This document shows positions 39,542 to 49,826 of a stretch of DNA of 64,000 nucleotides, one piece after another. The notes below the pieces were generated by a model. It did no database searches, was not told the origin of the DNA, and saw only the letters and a program-made list of their open reading frames with translations. Position 1 is the stretch's first letter; each line of letters begins with the position of its first letter. This DNA is from an uncultured Verrucomicrobiae bacterium (GTDB lineage Bacteria > Verrucomicrobiota > Verrucomicrobiia > Limisphaerales > Palsa-1400). The translations under genes and the position numbers were made by a program. The DNA lies in assembly GCA_963707025.1 (NCBI GenBank), contig CAVPOM010000014.1, positions 128,001 to 192,000 on the forward strand. Direction: 5' to 3'.

Positions 39542-40402
39542 CTACAGGTTGTCCACCCCGCTGTTGGAAGAAAAGCGCGCCCGTTCGTGCATGTGTTTCC
39601 GCAGCAGCCACCGCCCGGGGATGACGTCGCATTTCCCCCGGTGATAAAGCTTTTGCCACTGCCGCTTGGCCCGGTAACAATTGGCCAGAACCCGGCCCCA
39701 AGCCCCGCCGGGAAAGCCATGTTCCTTGCGAATTTGCAGCGATTCCTTCTGCATATTCCTCTTGACCCGCACATCCGCCGATTGCCCCATCTCATGGAAT
39801 CTATAGTCCACCAGCAACGCCCGCACATGCCCCACCCGGCACCCTTCCCGTCCCAGCCTTAAAATAAACTCGTAGTCGCAAACGTTCTTAAAATCCTTGT
39901 GGCGATACCCTCCCAGCCGGTCATAAACCGTCTTGCGCACAAAAAGAGTATGATGGCAGATATAGTCGTGCCAGTAGCGCAGAACATTGTAATCATACAA
40001 CGCTTCTTCGCGCCGGTAAATTTCCTTTCTCTGGCCATCCACATAAACAACGTCCCCGAACGACGCATCCCATTCCGGGTGCGCTGCGTAAGCCGCCACC
40101 ACGCTCTGGAATGCTCCCGGACGAAAACAATCATCCGCGTTTAAAATGACGATCAACTCTCCCGTGGCCACAGCGATGCCTTTATTCATGGCGTCGTAAT
40201 GGCCCTCGTCCTTGCCGGAAGTCCATAGCAAGTGCGGATATTCCTTCACAATCTCCAGCGTGCCGTCCGTCGAACCGCCGTCCATCACGATGTGTTCTAC
40301 CCCGGGGTAGTGTTGTTGCAGGACACTTTGGATCGTCTCGCGGATGGTGCTGGCGCTGTTGAAACAGGGGGTGATGACAGAAATGCGCAGCGGCTTTGAC
40401 AT
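39542..40402 (-). CDS. GT2 family glycosyltransferase (WcaE-like)
   Basis: ISVITPCFN, DGGSTDGT, D.G.YDAMNKG, LNADD, DYEF.LR. Confidence 0.92.
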   Translation of the reverse strand: MSKPLRISVITPCFNSASTIRETIQSVLQQHYPGVEHIVMDGGSTDGTLEIVKEYPHLLWTSGKDEGHYDAMNKGIAVATGELIVILNADDCFRPGAFQSVVAAYAAHPEWDASFGDVVYVDGQRKEIYRREEALYDYNVLRYWHDYICHHTLFVRKTVYDRLGGYRHKDFKNVCDYEFILRLGREGCRVGHVRALLVDYRFHEMGQSADVRVKRNMQKESLQIRKEHGFPGGAWGRVLANCYRAKRQWQKLYHRGKCDVIPGRWLLRKHMHERARFSSNSGVDNL

Positions 40403-40406
40403 GGCA

Positions 40407-41927
40407 TCAGGCCTGGACCGGCAGCGGAGCTCCCATCGCCACAGGCTGGGCCGCCCTGGCCGGGACTTGCCCCGGTTTGCGCACTCCCCCGTTAATCGAG
40501 ACACTCATGCCGAGAATCCCTGTGAAAAGGCAAAGCTGGGAGTTGAACGCGCCAAAAACCCCGAAGTAGAAAATAATTTGCGTGATAAAAAAAGCCAGAA
40601 AAAAAGCATTGATGTTCTGAAGCGCAGGATCGCCATAACGATAATTCCGATAAAGCGCCCTTGCGCCGGCTCCCAGCAGCCACAGAAAAGCGATCGCCCC
40701 CCCAAGCCCGATCGGGATAATGGTCGAAAGCGGCCCGCTATGGTAATCGCCGGCCACCACCTCAGTCTGGCCCGCCGCGCCCTCCGCCCCTCCTCCCAGG
40801 ACTGCAAAGTAGAGCTCCGTCGGATCAATGGCGTAACCCTTCCCCAACACCAAATACTTTGGAATAAGGGGCACCAAAACCCGCCACATCTCCAGCCTCC
40901 ATTCCACCGACCCTTGCGCATCAGCCTGAACCCCGGCATCCACCTTGACCGGCAGAAAACTCACGGCCCGTTGCGCCGCCAGTGGCAAATGATCGGAGAA
41001 AGCAAATACCATGACCCCGGCCGCCACTCCAAACCCCAGCAGTATCGGCAGAAAACGGGTGCGCCACAGCCCTTCAACGCAAAACTGGCAAAAACAAAGG
41101 AGTCCAATCATTATCTCGGCTGAACGAAAGCCGCCCAGCAAACTCAAGAGAACCGTCGCAACGAAAATTACTATCCGCCAAGGTCGAGCTAATGAAAAAA
41201 TCCCCCGCATCCCCCACCGCACTAAAAAGTAGCAGATCAGAGCATTACAGGCCCCGCTGACCCCGCTAAGCCGCTCAATCACCCCCGGCTGCCTTCCAGA
41301 CTCAGCGATTGCCTGGGCCCCTACGAACTCACCCGGCAATAAATAAAACAAAAAATAAAACGCCGGCCCTAACATAAAGGCGAGGTTGCTCAAGGCGAAT
41401 GTCATTCCCGAAAGAAAGTATATGCGGGCGGCGCGGCTGGCCTTGGCCACCGGAATTCGCACCGCCGAAAGCGCAAAGTAACCAATAATGGCGCCAAAAA
41501 TGTAAAAATAACTTTTTCCTCCAAAACTGGCGTTCCCGAACGCCTGGACCCCTATGCCGCCCCGCAAGTACCCCGTCACCAAGACGATGCCACCCAGGAA
41601 AAGCAGCGGCCAAGTCAGTTCCGGCGCGCGCAGAAACTTCCTTCCCCCCAACAGGCCGTTGAGCCATGAAAAGCCAAAGCTCAACACCGCCATCAGCAGC
41701 CAGAAGTGCGGCCGTCCCGGGAGAAAGGGAAAATTGAAAGCCGCATTCCAACAAAAAATCAGCAAAATATGGTGCCACTGAATGAAGATGGGCAGCGCCA
41801 GAACGAACAAAAACATACCCACCATCACCAAGCTCATCCGGTCCGGCGTGGAAAGGGCATATCCCAAAACCAGCGCCAGGGGGATGGCGATGGCATAAAC
41901 CGTTAAAATTCGGGGCAGTCCAAACAT
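40407..41927 (-). CDS. O-antigen ligase/Wzy polymerase family membrane protein
   Basis: ~12 TMs; GGFRS, S..WRLEMW, LGKGY, DYHSGPL periplasmic-loop motifs; embedded among GT genes. Confidence 0.78.
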   Translation of the reverse strand: MFGLPRILTVYAIAIPLALVLGYALSTPDRMSLVMVGMFLFVLALPIFIQWHHILLIFCWNAAFNFPFLPGRPHFWLLMAVLSFGFSWLNGLLGGRKFLRAPELTWPLLFLGGIVLVTGYLRGGIGVQAFGNASFGGKSYFYIFGAIIGYFALSAVRIPVAKASRAARIYFLSGMTFALSNLAFMLGPAFYFLFYLLPGEFVGAQAIAESGRQPGVIERLSGVSGACNALICYFLVRWGMRGIFSLARPWRIVIFVATVLLSLLGGFRSAEIMIGLLCFCQFCVEGLWRTRFLPILLGFGVAAGVMVFAFSDHLPLAAQRAVSFLPVKVDAGVQADAQGSVEWRLEMWRVLVPLIPKYLVLGKGYAIDPTELYFAVLGGGAEGAAGQTEVVAGDYHSGPLSTIIPIGLGGAIAFLWLLGAGARALYRNYRYGDPALQNINAFFLAFFITQIIFYFGVFGAFNSQLCLFTGILGMSVSINGGVRKPGQVPARAAQPVAMGAPLPVQA

Positions 41928-42089
41928 TCTATCTACCTGAAACCCAGCTTAGCTGAAGCATCCTTCCTGCCGCAACCCTAATTCTGAGTTTTTAATCCCG
42001 CCATGACGCAGGCCCATCCGGGCAGGCCTTGGTTGAGATGTATGACCCGATCTTTCGCTAAATAACTGCCCCGATTCCGGAAGAAAAGA

Positions 42090-43241
42090 TCACGGGGAAC
42101 TATTGAGCACTTCGCGGTAGATTCCCATGTGGCGCCGGGCCACCACCTCGGGATGATACCGCTCCCGCATCTGCCGGGCCGCCTGCGTTGGTTTTGGACA
42201 TCCAACAGAGAGCCATTGGAACACAGCCTCTTCCAACCCAGCCAGATCGCCATGCTTGAACAGTTCGGCTCCCTCAGTTCCAGCAGCGATGTCCACCACT
42301 CCACCCACCTTCGTCCCAAAAAACTTAAGATTCCGTGCCAGACCTTCTGCCACCACCAAACCAAAGGCTTCCTCGGCTGGGGCGTGGATCAGCCCCGAGG
42401 CCGAGTCCATCAGTTCAATTATTTCACCTTCCGATTTCTGCCCCAAGTAAAGGGCGTAGTCCTCTTTCTCCGCCTCCTTGATCCGCTCCTTGAAACCTCG
42501 GACATAGGCGACGCTCTCATCCAACTTGCCGATAAAATGAAGCTTAAAGCTTCCGTGCCGCTGGCGCAGCCGTGCCGCCACTTCCAGTATTTCGATCTGT
42601 GACTTGTTTGGACCAATCACGCCAATGTTTAACAGGATTGGGGGAAGGGACGGTTGCAAGACATTCGGAGTCCGGAAAAAACTGCCGCGCACAGCATTTG
42701 GAACCAGCCACGTCGCAGCCGCCAGGGCCTTGACCAAGCGTTGCGTGTGATCACTGTTGCAGAGCACGCCCTTGGTTCTCGGCAAGGCAAACTGTTCCAA
42801 GTGCGCCGCTATCCAATCGAACGAAAACGGACGCGCCCGGCTGATTTTAGCCAACTGCCGCATGTTGCCGTGGATCGTCAAGACATTGGGGAAGCCCGAA
42901 AAGACTGCGGCGAGCGCGCAATAACGCTCTGTCCCCTGTCCATGCACCACATCCGGCATGATTTCCCTCAGTTTCTTCCTGATCGTGCGAACACATCCCA
43001 GGTAGGCTCCGCGCATCCATCCCCACTTCGGGACAATCACCGAATGATAATAGATGTTGTCAGCCAGTTGCGGTGGGGATCGCAGAGGCTTTTGGCTGGC
43101 ACAAACAATATGAACCTCACATTCTGGCATTCCGGCCAGGCCCTCCAGCAGGGCTGCCACCGCCGGGCCAAAACAGGGATCAGGGTCCGAGTACCGCCGA
43201 AACTCATCCCGGCTGTCCGGCGCCAGCATCGCTATTCTCAT
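42090..43241 (-). CDS. GT4 family glycosyltransferase
   Basis: PDVVHGQG, LTIHG, VPNAV, NKSQ, EEAFGLVVAEGLA. Confidence 0.9.
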   Translation of the reverse strand: MRIAMLAPDSRDEFRRYSDPDPCFGPAVAALLEGLAGMPECEVHIVCASQKPLRSPPQLADNIYYHSVIVPKWGWMRGAYLGCVRTIRKKLREIMPDVVHGQGTERYCALAAVFSGFPNVLTIHGNMRQLAKISRARPFSFDWIAAHLEQFALPRTKGVLCNSDHTQRLVKALAAATWLVPNAVRGSFFRTPNVLQPSLPPILLNIGVIGPNKSQIEILEVAARLRQRHGSFKLHFIGKLDESVAYVRGFKERIKEAEKEDYALYLGQKSEGEIIELMDSASGLIHAPAEEAFGLVVAEGLARNLKFFGTKVGGVVDIAAGTEGAELFKHGDLAGLEEAVFQWLSVGCPKPTQAARQMRERYHPEVVARRHMGIYREVLNSSP

Positions 43242-44242
43242 GCACAGAGCTTCCGGTAGATTTCCAAATATCGCTCCGCCACCTGCCGCCAAGTTGGCAC
43301 GGGAAAAGTCTGGTGGGGCAGACGTTGCGCCTGATCATAAAACGCCCTCAATGCCGGGGCAATCTTGCTGGCTCGCCCCAAGGCAACAAATTTCGCCGCA
43401 GGGACCTGGCCATATAGCCGGTTGGCCCACGGCAAATCCGTCAGCAGCAACGGCAGCCCGGCTGCGGCCGCTTCACAAACCGCGATGCAGTCACTCTCAA
43501 ATTGGCTGAACAGGACGAAACCCCGCGCCCCCCGCAACCACCGGTTCTTTTCTTCCCCTGCGGCGAACCCGGCATACCGCACCAACTTCCCATCCACACA
43601 TTGTTTGAATTCCAGGAAGTAGGGATCGTCTTCCGCGTACGGTTTCCCCAAAAAAACAACGGGCGTGCCGGCCAGTTGAGCCGCCCGGGCCAGTAAAACA
43701 TTGTTTTTCACCGGATAAAGGGTCGCCATGCACACCAGATAATCCTCTGCGTGCTGCGGGCGCGCCAATGCCGTCAGGGCTTGAGCTTCCAGCCCGTTCG
43801 GAATGATATGGCCGCGCTCCGGGTTGGCGTGGAAAAGATATTTGGCTGTTTCCCATTCGTGTTTCACCAGGTAAACCATGGCGTCAAGTTCCTGATAAAT
43901 GTCCCAACTCAGACGATCCAAAAAGCCTCCCGGCAATGCCTTGCGCGCCAGATCCGTCAAGGCGCGCTGGAGGAAAAGCTGCTTCCACCCTCGCGATGCC
44001 GTCTGGCCCAACATTTCCGTCATCACCACTTTATATCCCTTCTGATGGGCCGTGCGGACCGTGGCAATCGGCGGACGGCCCAGATGATGAATAATATCTC
44101 CTTTTTGCTTCTCGTCCCACCACCGCTCCGGCTCGACTTCGACCCCAAGCCCCGCCAGTTCGCGCATCAGCGCTTCGGTCGTCGTTTGCATGCCCCCATG
44201 CGCCAGAAAAAACGGCGGGCTGTTGAAAAACAACACTTTCAT
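43238..44242 (-). CDS. GT4 family glycosyltransferase
   Basis: HGG, IIPNG, KNN, SQFESDCIAVCEAAAAGLP; ATGA overlap with the next GT4. Confidence 0.88.
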   Translation of the reverse strand: MKVLFFNSPPFFLAHGGMQTTTEALMRELAGLGVEVEPERWWDEKQKGDIIHHLGRPPIATVRTAHQKGYKVVMTEMLGQTASRGWKQLFLQRALTDLARKALPGGFLDRLSWDIYQELDAMVYLVKHEWETAKYLFHANPERGHIIPNGLEAQALTALARPQHAEDYLVCMATLYPVKNNVLLARAAQLAGTPVVFLGKPYAEDDPYFLEFKQCVDGKLVRYAGFAAGEEKNRWLRGARGFVLFSQFESDCIAVCEAAAAGLPLLLTDLPWANRLYGQVPAAKFVALGRASKIAPALRAFYDQAQRLPHQTFPVPTWRQVAERYLEIYRKLCA

Positions 44243-44431
44243 CGCGCAGGATTGGCAGACTTCGATTTTAGCATAGTAGTCCGGCGGCAAATTGGTGTCT
44301 TTCAGCCGGCTAGACAAGCCTGATTTAACGTCCATTGCGAAAGAAACCAAACCAGTCTGCCAGAAAAAACTTGTCGCCCGAGCTCCAATTTCTCATCATT
44401 CATGGCAGTTGACCGGAGCGGCTTGGACTAA

Positions 44432-45406
44432 TTGCAGGGGCTGCTTAAACAAACCGAACAACTGGCAGGTCGAAACATGGATTTTCTCGCCACTCAATTG
44501 CTTGGGTTTTGGAAGGGCTCCAAAGTCGGGGATTTTCGCCGTGCAAACGATTTCCCCTGCTGGTGCGGGGAGAGGCGCTCCCGTGGCGTTTGCCAACAGA
44601 TGTTCGGCCGCCGCCATTTCATGGTATTGGAGTGTGGTTCCTGCAAGACCCATCGCATCCTGCCGCGCGCCCTGGCGATGGCTTCGGATGCGGAAAAGCT
44701 CTACAACGAGTTTGCCAGGGAACAACTGTCCCAGGCGCTGCAGGCAGACTTAGCCCGCCGCATGCTGCGCCGTTTGCGGACCGTCCAGGTCGAGTTTACG
44801 CCGACAACAAGGGTGCTGGACGTGGGGTGCGGGACCGGGTTGACCCTCAATGCCGTTTGCAACGAATATGGGTGCGAGGGAAAGGGAATAGACGTGGACA
44901 AACGAAGCATTGAGCAGGCCAGGGCGAGAGCGAGCAAAGCGGAGTTCGAATGCGGTTTGTTCGAGGCCAAGGCGCTGGCAGGCCCCTACGATGTCATCAT
45001 TTCCAGCGCGGTTATCGAGCATGTAACCGACCCGCTTGGTTTCTTGAAGGAGTTCAGCGCCGTGCTCAAGCCCGGCGGCTCCATTTTTCTCTTGACTCCC
45101 AACGCGGCCAGCCTCAATTACCGGCTCCTTGGAAGTTGGTGGCGGGAATTGTTGTCCATTGGCGAGCACATCTACCTGTTCACTCCGGAGAGTCTTGCAC
45201 TCTGTGCCAGGCAAGCCGGCTTCGAATTGGTCAAGGCGTCTTCGGATTTCGACTTCAGCCCGTTCTCATTCAAGTTTCGAACCGCCAGGGAACTGGCCAT
45301 TCAAGCATGGAGCTGCTATCGCCGCGTCATTAAGCGCCTGGCCCAGGTTTTCTCGACCGCACAAACCGGAGATATTCTCTTTGTGCATTTGCGCAAGCCT
45401 GCGTAA
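44432..45406 (+). CDS. Class I SAM-dependent methyltransferase with N-terminal Cys cluster
   Basis: CWCG..CGSC, VLDVGCGTG, GIDVD, YDVI...VIEHV.DP, LKPGG..TPN, EHIYLFT. Start uncertain (44432 or 44477). Confidence 0.88.
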   Translation: MQGLLKQTEQLAGRNMDFLATQLLGFWKGSKVGDFRRANDFPCWCGERRSRGVCQQMFGRRHFMVLECGSCKTHRILPRALAMASDAEKLYNEFAREQLSQALQADLARRMLRRLRTVQVEFTPTTRVLDVGCGTGLTLNAVCNEYGCEGKGIDVDKRSIEQARARASKAEFECGLFEAKALAGPYDVIISSAVIEHVTDPLGFLKEFSAVLKPGGSIFLLTPNAASLNYRLLGSWWRELLSIGEHIYLFTPESLALCARQAGFELVKASSDFDFSPFSFKFRTARELAIQAWSCYRRVIKRLAQVFSTAQTGDILFVHLRKPA

Positions 45407-45445
45407 GATCGCTTTGCCTCCGGCCCCATCGCGGCAATACCTTCA

Positions 45446-46432
45446 TTATTCTAAACTCCCCGGCGTCGAACGCTTAAACTGATTCCATGATTTTGCAGTG
45501 ACTCGGACGAAGCCGGCGCCGAAAATCCTGGCCATCCACTGAAACAGGCCATACCGCCAGTGCGGGGCAGGCGAAATTAGAAGCAACCCGACATGATAGC
45601 GCAGCAAGCGCGGCGACAACGTGTGCCCAAATCGCAGCAGAAAACGCACGGACATGGGCGAACGTCTCTGCAAATCTGTACGGTCAAATTTCATTCCGGA
45701 ACCAGGAGGCAGCATCGCCAGAATTCGTTTGTGTTCCACATAGAAGGTCGGGAGGTGCCGGCCGCTCCGTTCCACCTGGCTGCTTCCCCGGTCCCAACCG
45801 TAGTGGCCACGGTTGAAAGCCACCGTTCGACTGCTCTGCGCCGCGCCGCCATCCGCCATCAGCTCGGCCCACATTTCCCAATCGCCACACATGAACGAGG
45901 TCGCTCGGAACCCCCCCAGCCGCCTGGCCGAAGAAACCCGGAACAGATGCCCCGCAAACGGGAACGGCGCGTAAAGGATGTCCCTCAAATCCCTCTCCAC
46001 CCAGCGGCCGGCGACCGGCCGCAAATCTTGTTCCGGCCACGCCCTGCACTGTTCATCCACGAAAATTGTCCTCCCGAAATACAACGCGCGCCCCGGCGCC
46101 TCTTTCTCCAACTCCATCATCGCTTCCACGAAAACTGGCGCTAAATAATCATCGTCATGCAAAATGGAAATCCACTCCGTCCGGCACAATTCCAGACACG
46201 CATTCCAATTGCCAAAAAGTCCCCGCCGCTTTGGATTTCTGAAGTAATCAATCCGCGGGCCAAACTCCGCTTTCACGAAACCTTCCAGCATGGGGTCCGG
46301 TCCGCAGTCTTCCACCACCATCACGCGCGCGGGAACGGTTTGGTTCAGCGCGCTGGAGATCGCCTGCTTGACATATTGCCGCCGATTGTAAACGGTAATG
46401 GCAACCGTGATCTGGTCCGCGGAGAGGCTCAT
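45446..46432 (-). CDS. GT2 family glycosyltransferase
   Basis: ITVAITVYN, AISSALNQ, VVED, GLFGNWNAC, LHDDD, DWEMW. Confidence 0.9.
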   Translation of the reverse strand: MSLSADQITVAITVYNRRQYVKQAISSALNQTVPARVMVVEDCGPDPMLEGFVKAEFGPRIDYFRNPKRRGLFGNWNACLELCRTEWISILHDDDYLAPVFVEAMMELEKEAPGRALYFGRTIFVDEQCRAWPEQDLRPVAGRWVERDLRDILYAPFPFAGHLFRVSSARRLGGFRATSFMCGDWEMWAELMADGGAAQSSRTVAFNRGHYGWDRGSSQVERSGRHLPTFYVEHKRILAMLPPGSGMKFDRTDLQRRSPMSVRFLLRFGHTLSPRLLRYHVGLLLISPAPHWRYGLFQWMARIFGAGFVRVTAKSWNQFKRSTPGSLE

Positions 46433-46648
46433 CGGGCAACTGACTTTGCAGGCCGGGCGCACAAGACAAACACTAACCCGGCTCCTCTATCGGTTGCGTC
46501 CATCTTCTTCGCCAGGGGGTCGAGGTTTCTCATTGGCCCTTTTGTAAATCGCTTGTCTGGGTTCGCATGGCGTTTGGTAAATGGCCCACTGCCAGATTTA
46601 TGAAAATCTCTGGCGCATGAATGACACCCGGCCTGCAAGAAAAGATCT

Positions 46649-47371
46649 TCACTGCTTTTGCTCCATGACCGGCTTTTCGCGGCGGGTCTCGCACCAGCGC
46701 AGGAACCTTGCTATGTCCGGAGCCAGCAACATCGGCAGTGCTTCAACCACCGCGGCATGCTCCCAATTCCACCAGGCGATTCTTTGCAGTTGCTCGATCA
46801 CATCCGGATCGAAGCGAAATCTCTTCACGCGCGCAGGATTGCCGGCGGCGATAGCGTAAGGGGGAATGCTTTTGCTGACCACGCTGCGCGCGCCGACCAC
46901 ACATCCGTTTCCCAGGCTAACACCGGAGAGAATCGTGGCTCCGTGGCCGACCCACACATCATGGCCGATAACAACGTCTCCTTTCGTCGCCGGGTGCCCG
47001 GTGTGCCTTTTGGCTTCAGGCCAAAGCACACTGAAAGGATACGTTGTCACCCAGTCCATGCGATGCTCGCCGCCGAGAAGAATGACGACTTGGTCGGCGA
47101 TGGAACAATACTTGCCGATTTTAAGAGTCGCTGCCTGGCCCCAACTATGGACGATTGGATCCCCGTAGCTCCATTCTCCAATTTCGAAGGCAGAGTAGTC
47201 AGGGTTCTCCGACATGAAGCGCGCCAAGGGCTCGGTCGGTTTCCCAAGATGCGAAGCCATGCGGCGGAGACCGGAGGCCAGCAAGGTGCCGACCGATGAA
47301 AGGGTCCGTCCTGGAACAGCGGCGCGTTGCATATCGGTGAGTGATCTTGGGCCAAACCCGGGTTCTTGCAA
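46649..47371 (-). CDS. Hexapeptide-repeat O-acetyltransferase (CatB/Vat-related)
   Basis: LKIGKYCSIA, H.MDWVTTYPF, KGDVVIGHDVWVG, PPYAIAAGNPA...RF, WWNW. Start uncertain. Confidence 0.88.
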   Translation of the reverse strand: MQEPGFGPRSLTDMQRAAVPGRTLSSVGTLLASGLRRMASHLGKPTEPLARFMSENPDYSAFEIGEWSYGDPIVHSWGQAATLKIGKYCSIADQVVILLGGEHRMDWVTTYPFSVLWPEAKRHTGHPATKGDVVIGHDVWVGHGATILSGVSLGNGCVVGARSVVSKSIPPYAIAAGNPARVKRFRFDPDVIEQLQRIAWWNWEHAAVVEALPMLLAPDIARFLRWCETRREKPVMEQKQ

Positions 47372-47423
47372 GATTTTTCTACAAGGTTGCCACGGCTAAA
47401 ACAGATTCGCCAAACGCAACTCA

Positions 47424-48824
47424 TCAACCGCTAAACGCCATGGCCCGGCAAAACCGCCGCACGGTCAAAGGTTGCCCTTGGAACCCCCGCCTCACCGTAA
47501 ACCAGTTGCTACAAGCCGTCTCCGCGATGAAAGGCGCGGCCAGCAATCCCCAAAGGCCAAAAAGTGGGGTCAGAATCAAACTGCATGCGATGACGCCAAG
47601 CCCTGTAAACAGGCCGATTCTAAAAAACGGCACCACGTTTTCTGTAAAGGCCAGGGAACCAAATTGCAGATAAAAAATTTGCTGTGTCAAGTAAATCAGG
47701 TAAAATGCCAAACAGGACGGCGGCAGCAAACGCGTCTGCGTCCCCTTCCAGGCCAGCAAAACATTCCCCGCAAAAAAAACAAGGAGCGCCAGCCCGACAA
47801 ATGACCCCATGACTAAAGTCAGCCGTCGGGCGAACAGCCGCGCCATTTCCTCCAGCCGCCCTTGCGTGCGCAAGATGGCGATTTCCGGCCACTTGACCGT
47901 CAGCCAGAGACAGGCGAAACTCATCAGGAAGCTCCCTACTTGCGCCGTCAATCCGTAGGACGCCGTAATTTTCTCACCCAAAAAGCAGCGGCATATTAAA
48001 ACGGGGCCGTTCATCACGGAATAACCTCCGATGGAGAGGATGCCAAACTTATAAGCGTTGGGCCACAGCTTCCTGATAATCTGCGGGTCCGGCATCACTT
48101 TTTCCTCCGCAGGCGGAAGTGCTTGCAGGCATGCTTGCCGGCACTTCTGCCGCATGATCAACCCTTTCAGAAACGTCGCCACGACCATGGCCCACAAACC
48201 TGCCCCCAGGCAAAGCAGAACTGCCGCGCAGCACACGTAACCAAGACCGCTGAAAATGGCGGCGATCTCCATGTCGCGAACCCGGTTCAATCCCTGGGAA
48301 GCCATCATCCAGTAACTGGTGGCCAGATTATACCCAATGGCGATCAGGAATACCGCCCACAACCACCAAACCTTCTCTGGAAATCCGCTCTCGGCCGCCG
48401 GCTTTAACAAAAAAATAGTTCCACCAACCGCCAACAGCAACAGCGCCCCCAGCGACAATTTCAAATAAAGCCGCTGCAAAGTCGCATTCAATTGCTGGAT
48501 CCGCGCAAAATTGGGCTTGCCATCGCCCTTCGCCGCCGGCATCCCCTCCGTGTCAAAATCTTCCGCCCCGGCCCACAAATAGCTATAGACCCGCGGGATG
48601 GCCGATCCAAATCCAAAATCCGCCAGATTGCCAAAATTCCCCAGCGCCACAAAGACCACCCACATGGCGTATTCGGTCGAAGTCAGCTTCATCAACACCA
48701 GTGGGAGCAGCAGCAGATTGGCCCCGATGCGGAGACCGTTTCCCAGGACGCCCATTAGCATGGCCGAACGCCACACTCGTTGCCAATGGGAGCCTAACGC
48801 GGACAACTTCATTTTTTGCATCAC
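47424..48824 (-). CDS. Wzx-like polysaccharide flippase
   Basis: ~12 TMs; LLLPLVL..L...EYAMW, ADFGFGSAIPR, ASYGLT; located in the glycan locus. Confidence 0.8.
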   Translation of the reverse strand: MMQKMKLSALGSHWQRVWRSAMLMGVLGNGLRIGANLLLLPLVLMKLTSTEYAMWVVFVALGNFGNLADFGFGSAIPRVYSYLWAGAEDFDTEGMPAAKGDGKPNFARIQQLNATLQRLYLKLSLGALLLLAVGGTIFLLKPAAESGFPEKVWWLWAVFLIAIGYNLATSYWMMASQGLNRVRDMEIAAIFSGLGYVCCAAVLLCLGAGLWAMVVATFLKGLIMRQKCRQACLQALPPAEEKVMPDPQIIRKLWPNAYKFGILSIGGYSVMNGPVLICRCFLGEKITASYGLTAQVGSFLMSFACLWLTVKWPEIAILRTQGRLEEMARLFARRLTLVMGSFVGLALLVFFAGNVLLAWKGTQTRLLPPSCLAFYLIYLTQQIFYLQFGSLAFTENVVPFFRIGLFTGLGVIACSLILTPLFGLWGLLAAPFIAETACSNWFTVRRGFQGQPLTVRRFCRAMAFSG

Positions 48825-49591
48825 GAGCGCCTCGAAAACAAGTCGCGAACTCTCCTTAGCGCGCGATAGACCGGCAGATGATAGGCCCGCCGATACCAGT
48901 CATTCTCGACCATGCCCGCCAGATAGGCCTTGTAGTTCTCCTGGATCCGCCCGCGCAATGGTTCGGCCTCGCAAAAACGCATCGTCCCGACTTCGATCAA
49001 AAAAATCGAACCCGGCAGTATGTGCGGATGAAAGGAACGTCTGCTGGCTGCTAATTCATTGAGAAAAACCTGCAATCCGGTGAAAACCAGATTCGCGTCG
49101 TGAAAGACAATGACGCCGTTCTCCGCCAGCACCGAGAGGCAAAATCGCGCATCCCCCAACATGGCCTCGTCAGTGTGTTCGCCATCTATAAAACACAATC
49201 GCGGGCGAACCCCAATTATGTTCTCCGTCATACTGGCGGTCGTGGTTTCAAACGTCTTGATTTTAGAAACATCCGCGCCGGGGATCTGCTTGAGCGATTC
49301 CAACATGCTAGCCGTGCTCACGGGCACGTAATGCTGCGTCCCCCGTGTATCGGGCGTGGCGCCCGGGCGCGGGTCAATCGAAATGATCCTTCCACACTTG
49401 GGATCCAGCACATGCGGCTGGAGCGACCCCCCCATGTGCGATCCGACCTCTAAATAGACATAGCCGGGAAACTTCCGGCGGATGGCCGTCTGAACCGCCA
49501 AAAGTGAAACACGATCGTCATCCGTGGCCTGGCTCACCACATGCCCAAACAGACTTAAATCAAGCTGTTCAATTCTTTCCTCAATCGTCAT
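48821..49591 (-). CDS. Class I SAM-dependent methyltransferase (Methyltransf_24-like)
   Basis: YLEVGSHMGGS, SIDP, FIDGEHT, GVIVFHD. Confidence 0.85.
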   Translation of the reverse strand: MTIEERIEQLDLSLFGHVVSQATDDDRVSLLAVQTAIRRKFPGYVYLEVGSHMGGSLQPHVLDPKCGRIISIDPRPGATPDTRGTQHYVPVSTASMLESLKQIPGADVSKIKTFETTTASMTENIIGVRPRLCFIDGEHTDEAMLGDARFCLSVLAENGVIVFHDANLVFTGLQVFLNELAASRRSFHPHILPGSIFLIEVGTMRFCEAEPLRGRIQENYKAYLAGMVENDWYRRAYHLPVYRALRRVRDLFSRRS

Positions 49592-49826
49592 CGCTGTCTG
49601 TCATGCTATCTGCTCCGGGAAAATGCGCCATCCTAAATTCTCTCCTGCCTCCAGGACGCCCGCAAAAATCCGATCCGCCAGCCACTTTCCAAACCCATCC
49701 CGGCAACGCGGCCACATGCGGCGTCAAACATTCGCCTCAAACGCCGCCACCCGCGCCCCGGACTGGACATGCTTGCAGAGCAGCGACTGCCTGCCGTCCC
49801 GCCGGGAGGATCGGGATGGGAGGGAG

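Noticed and set aside
46649..47371. Antibiotic resistance gene (catB/vat)
   Set aside because: Same hexapeptide family, but position directly after a flippase in a glycan locus favours a sugar O-acetyltransferase.
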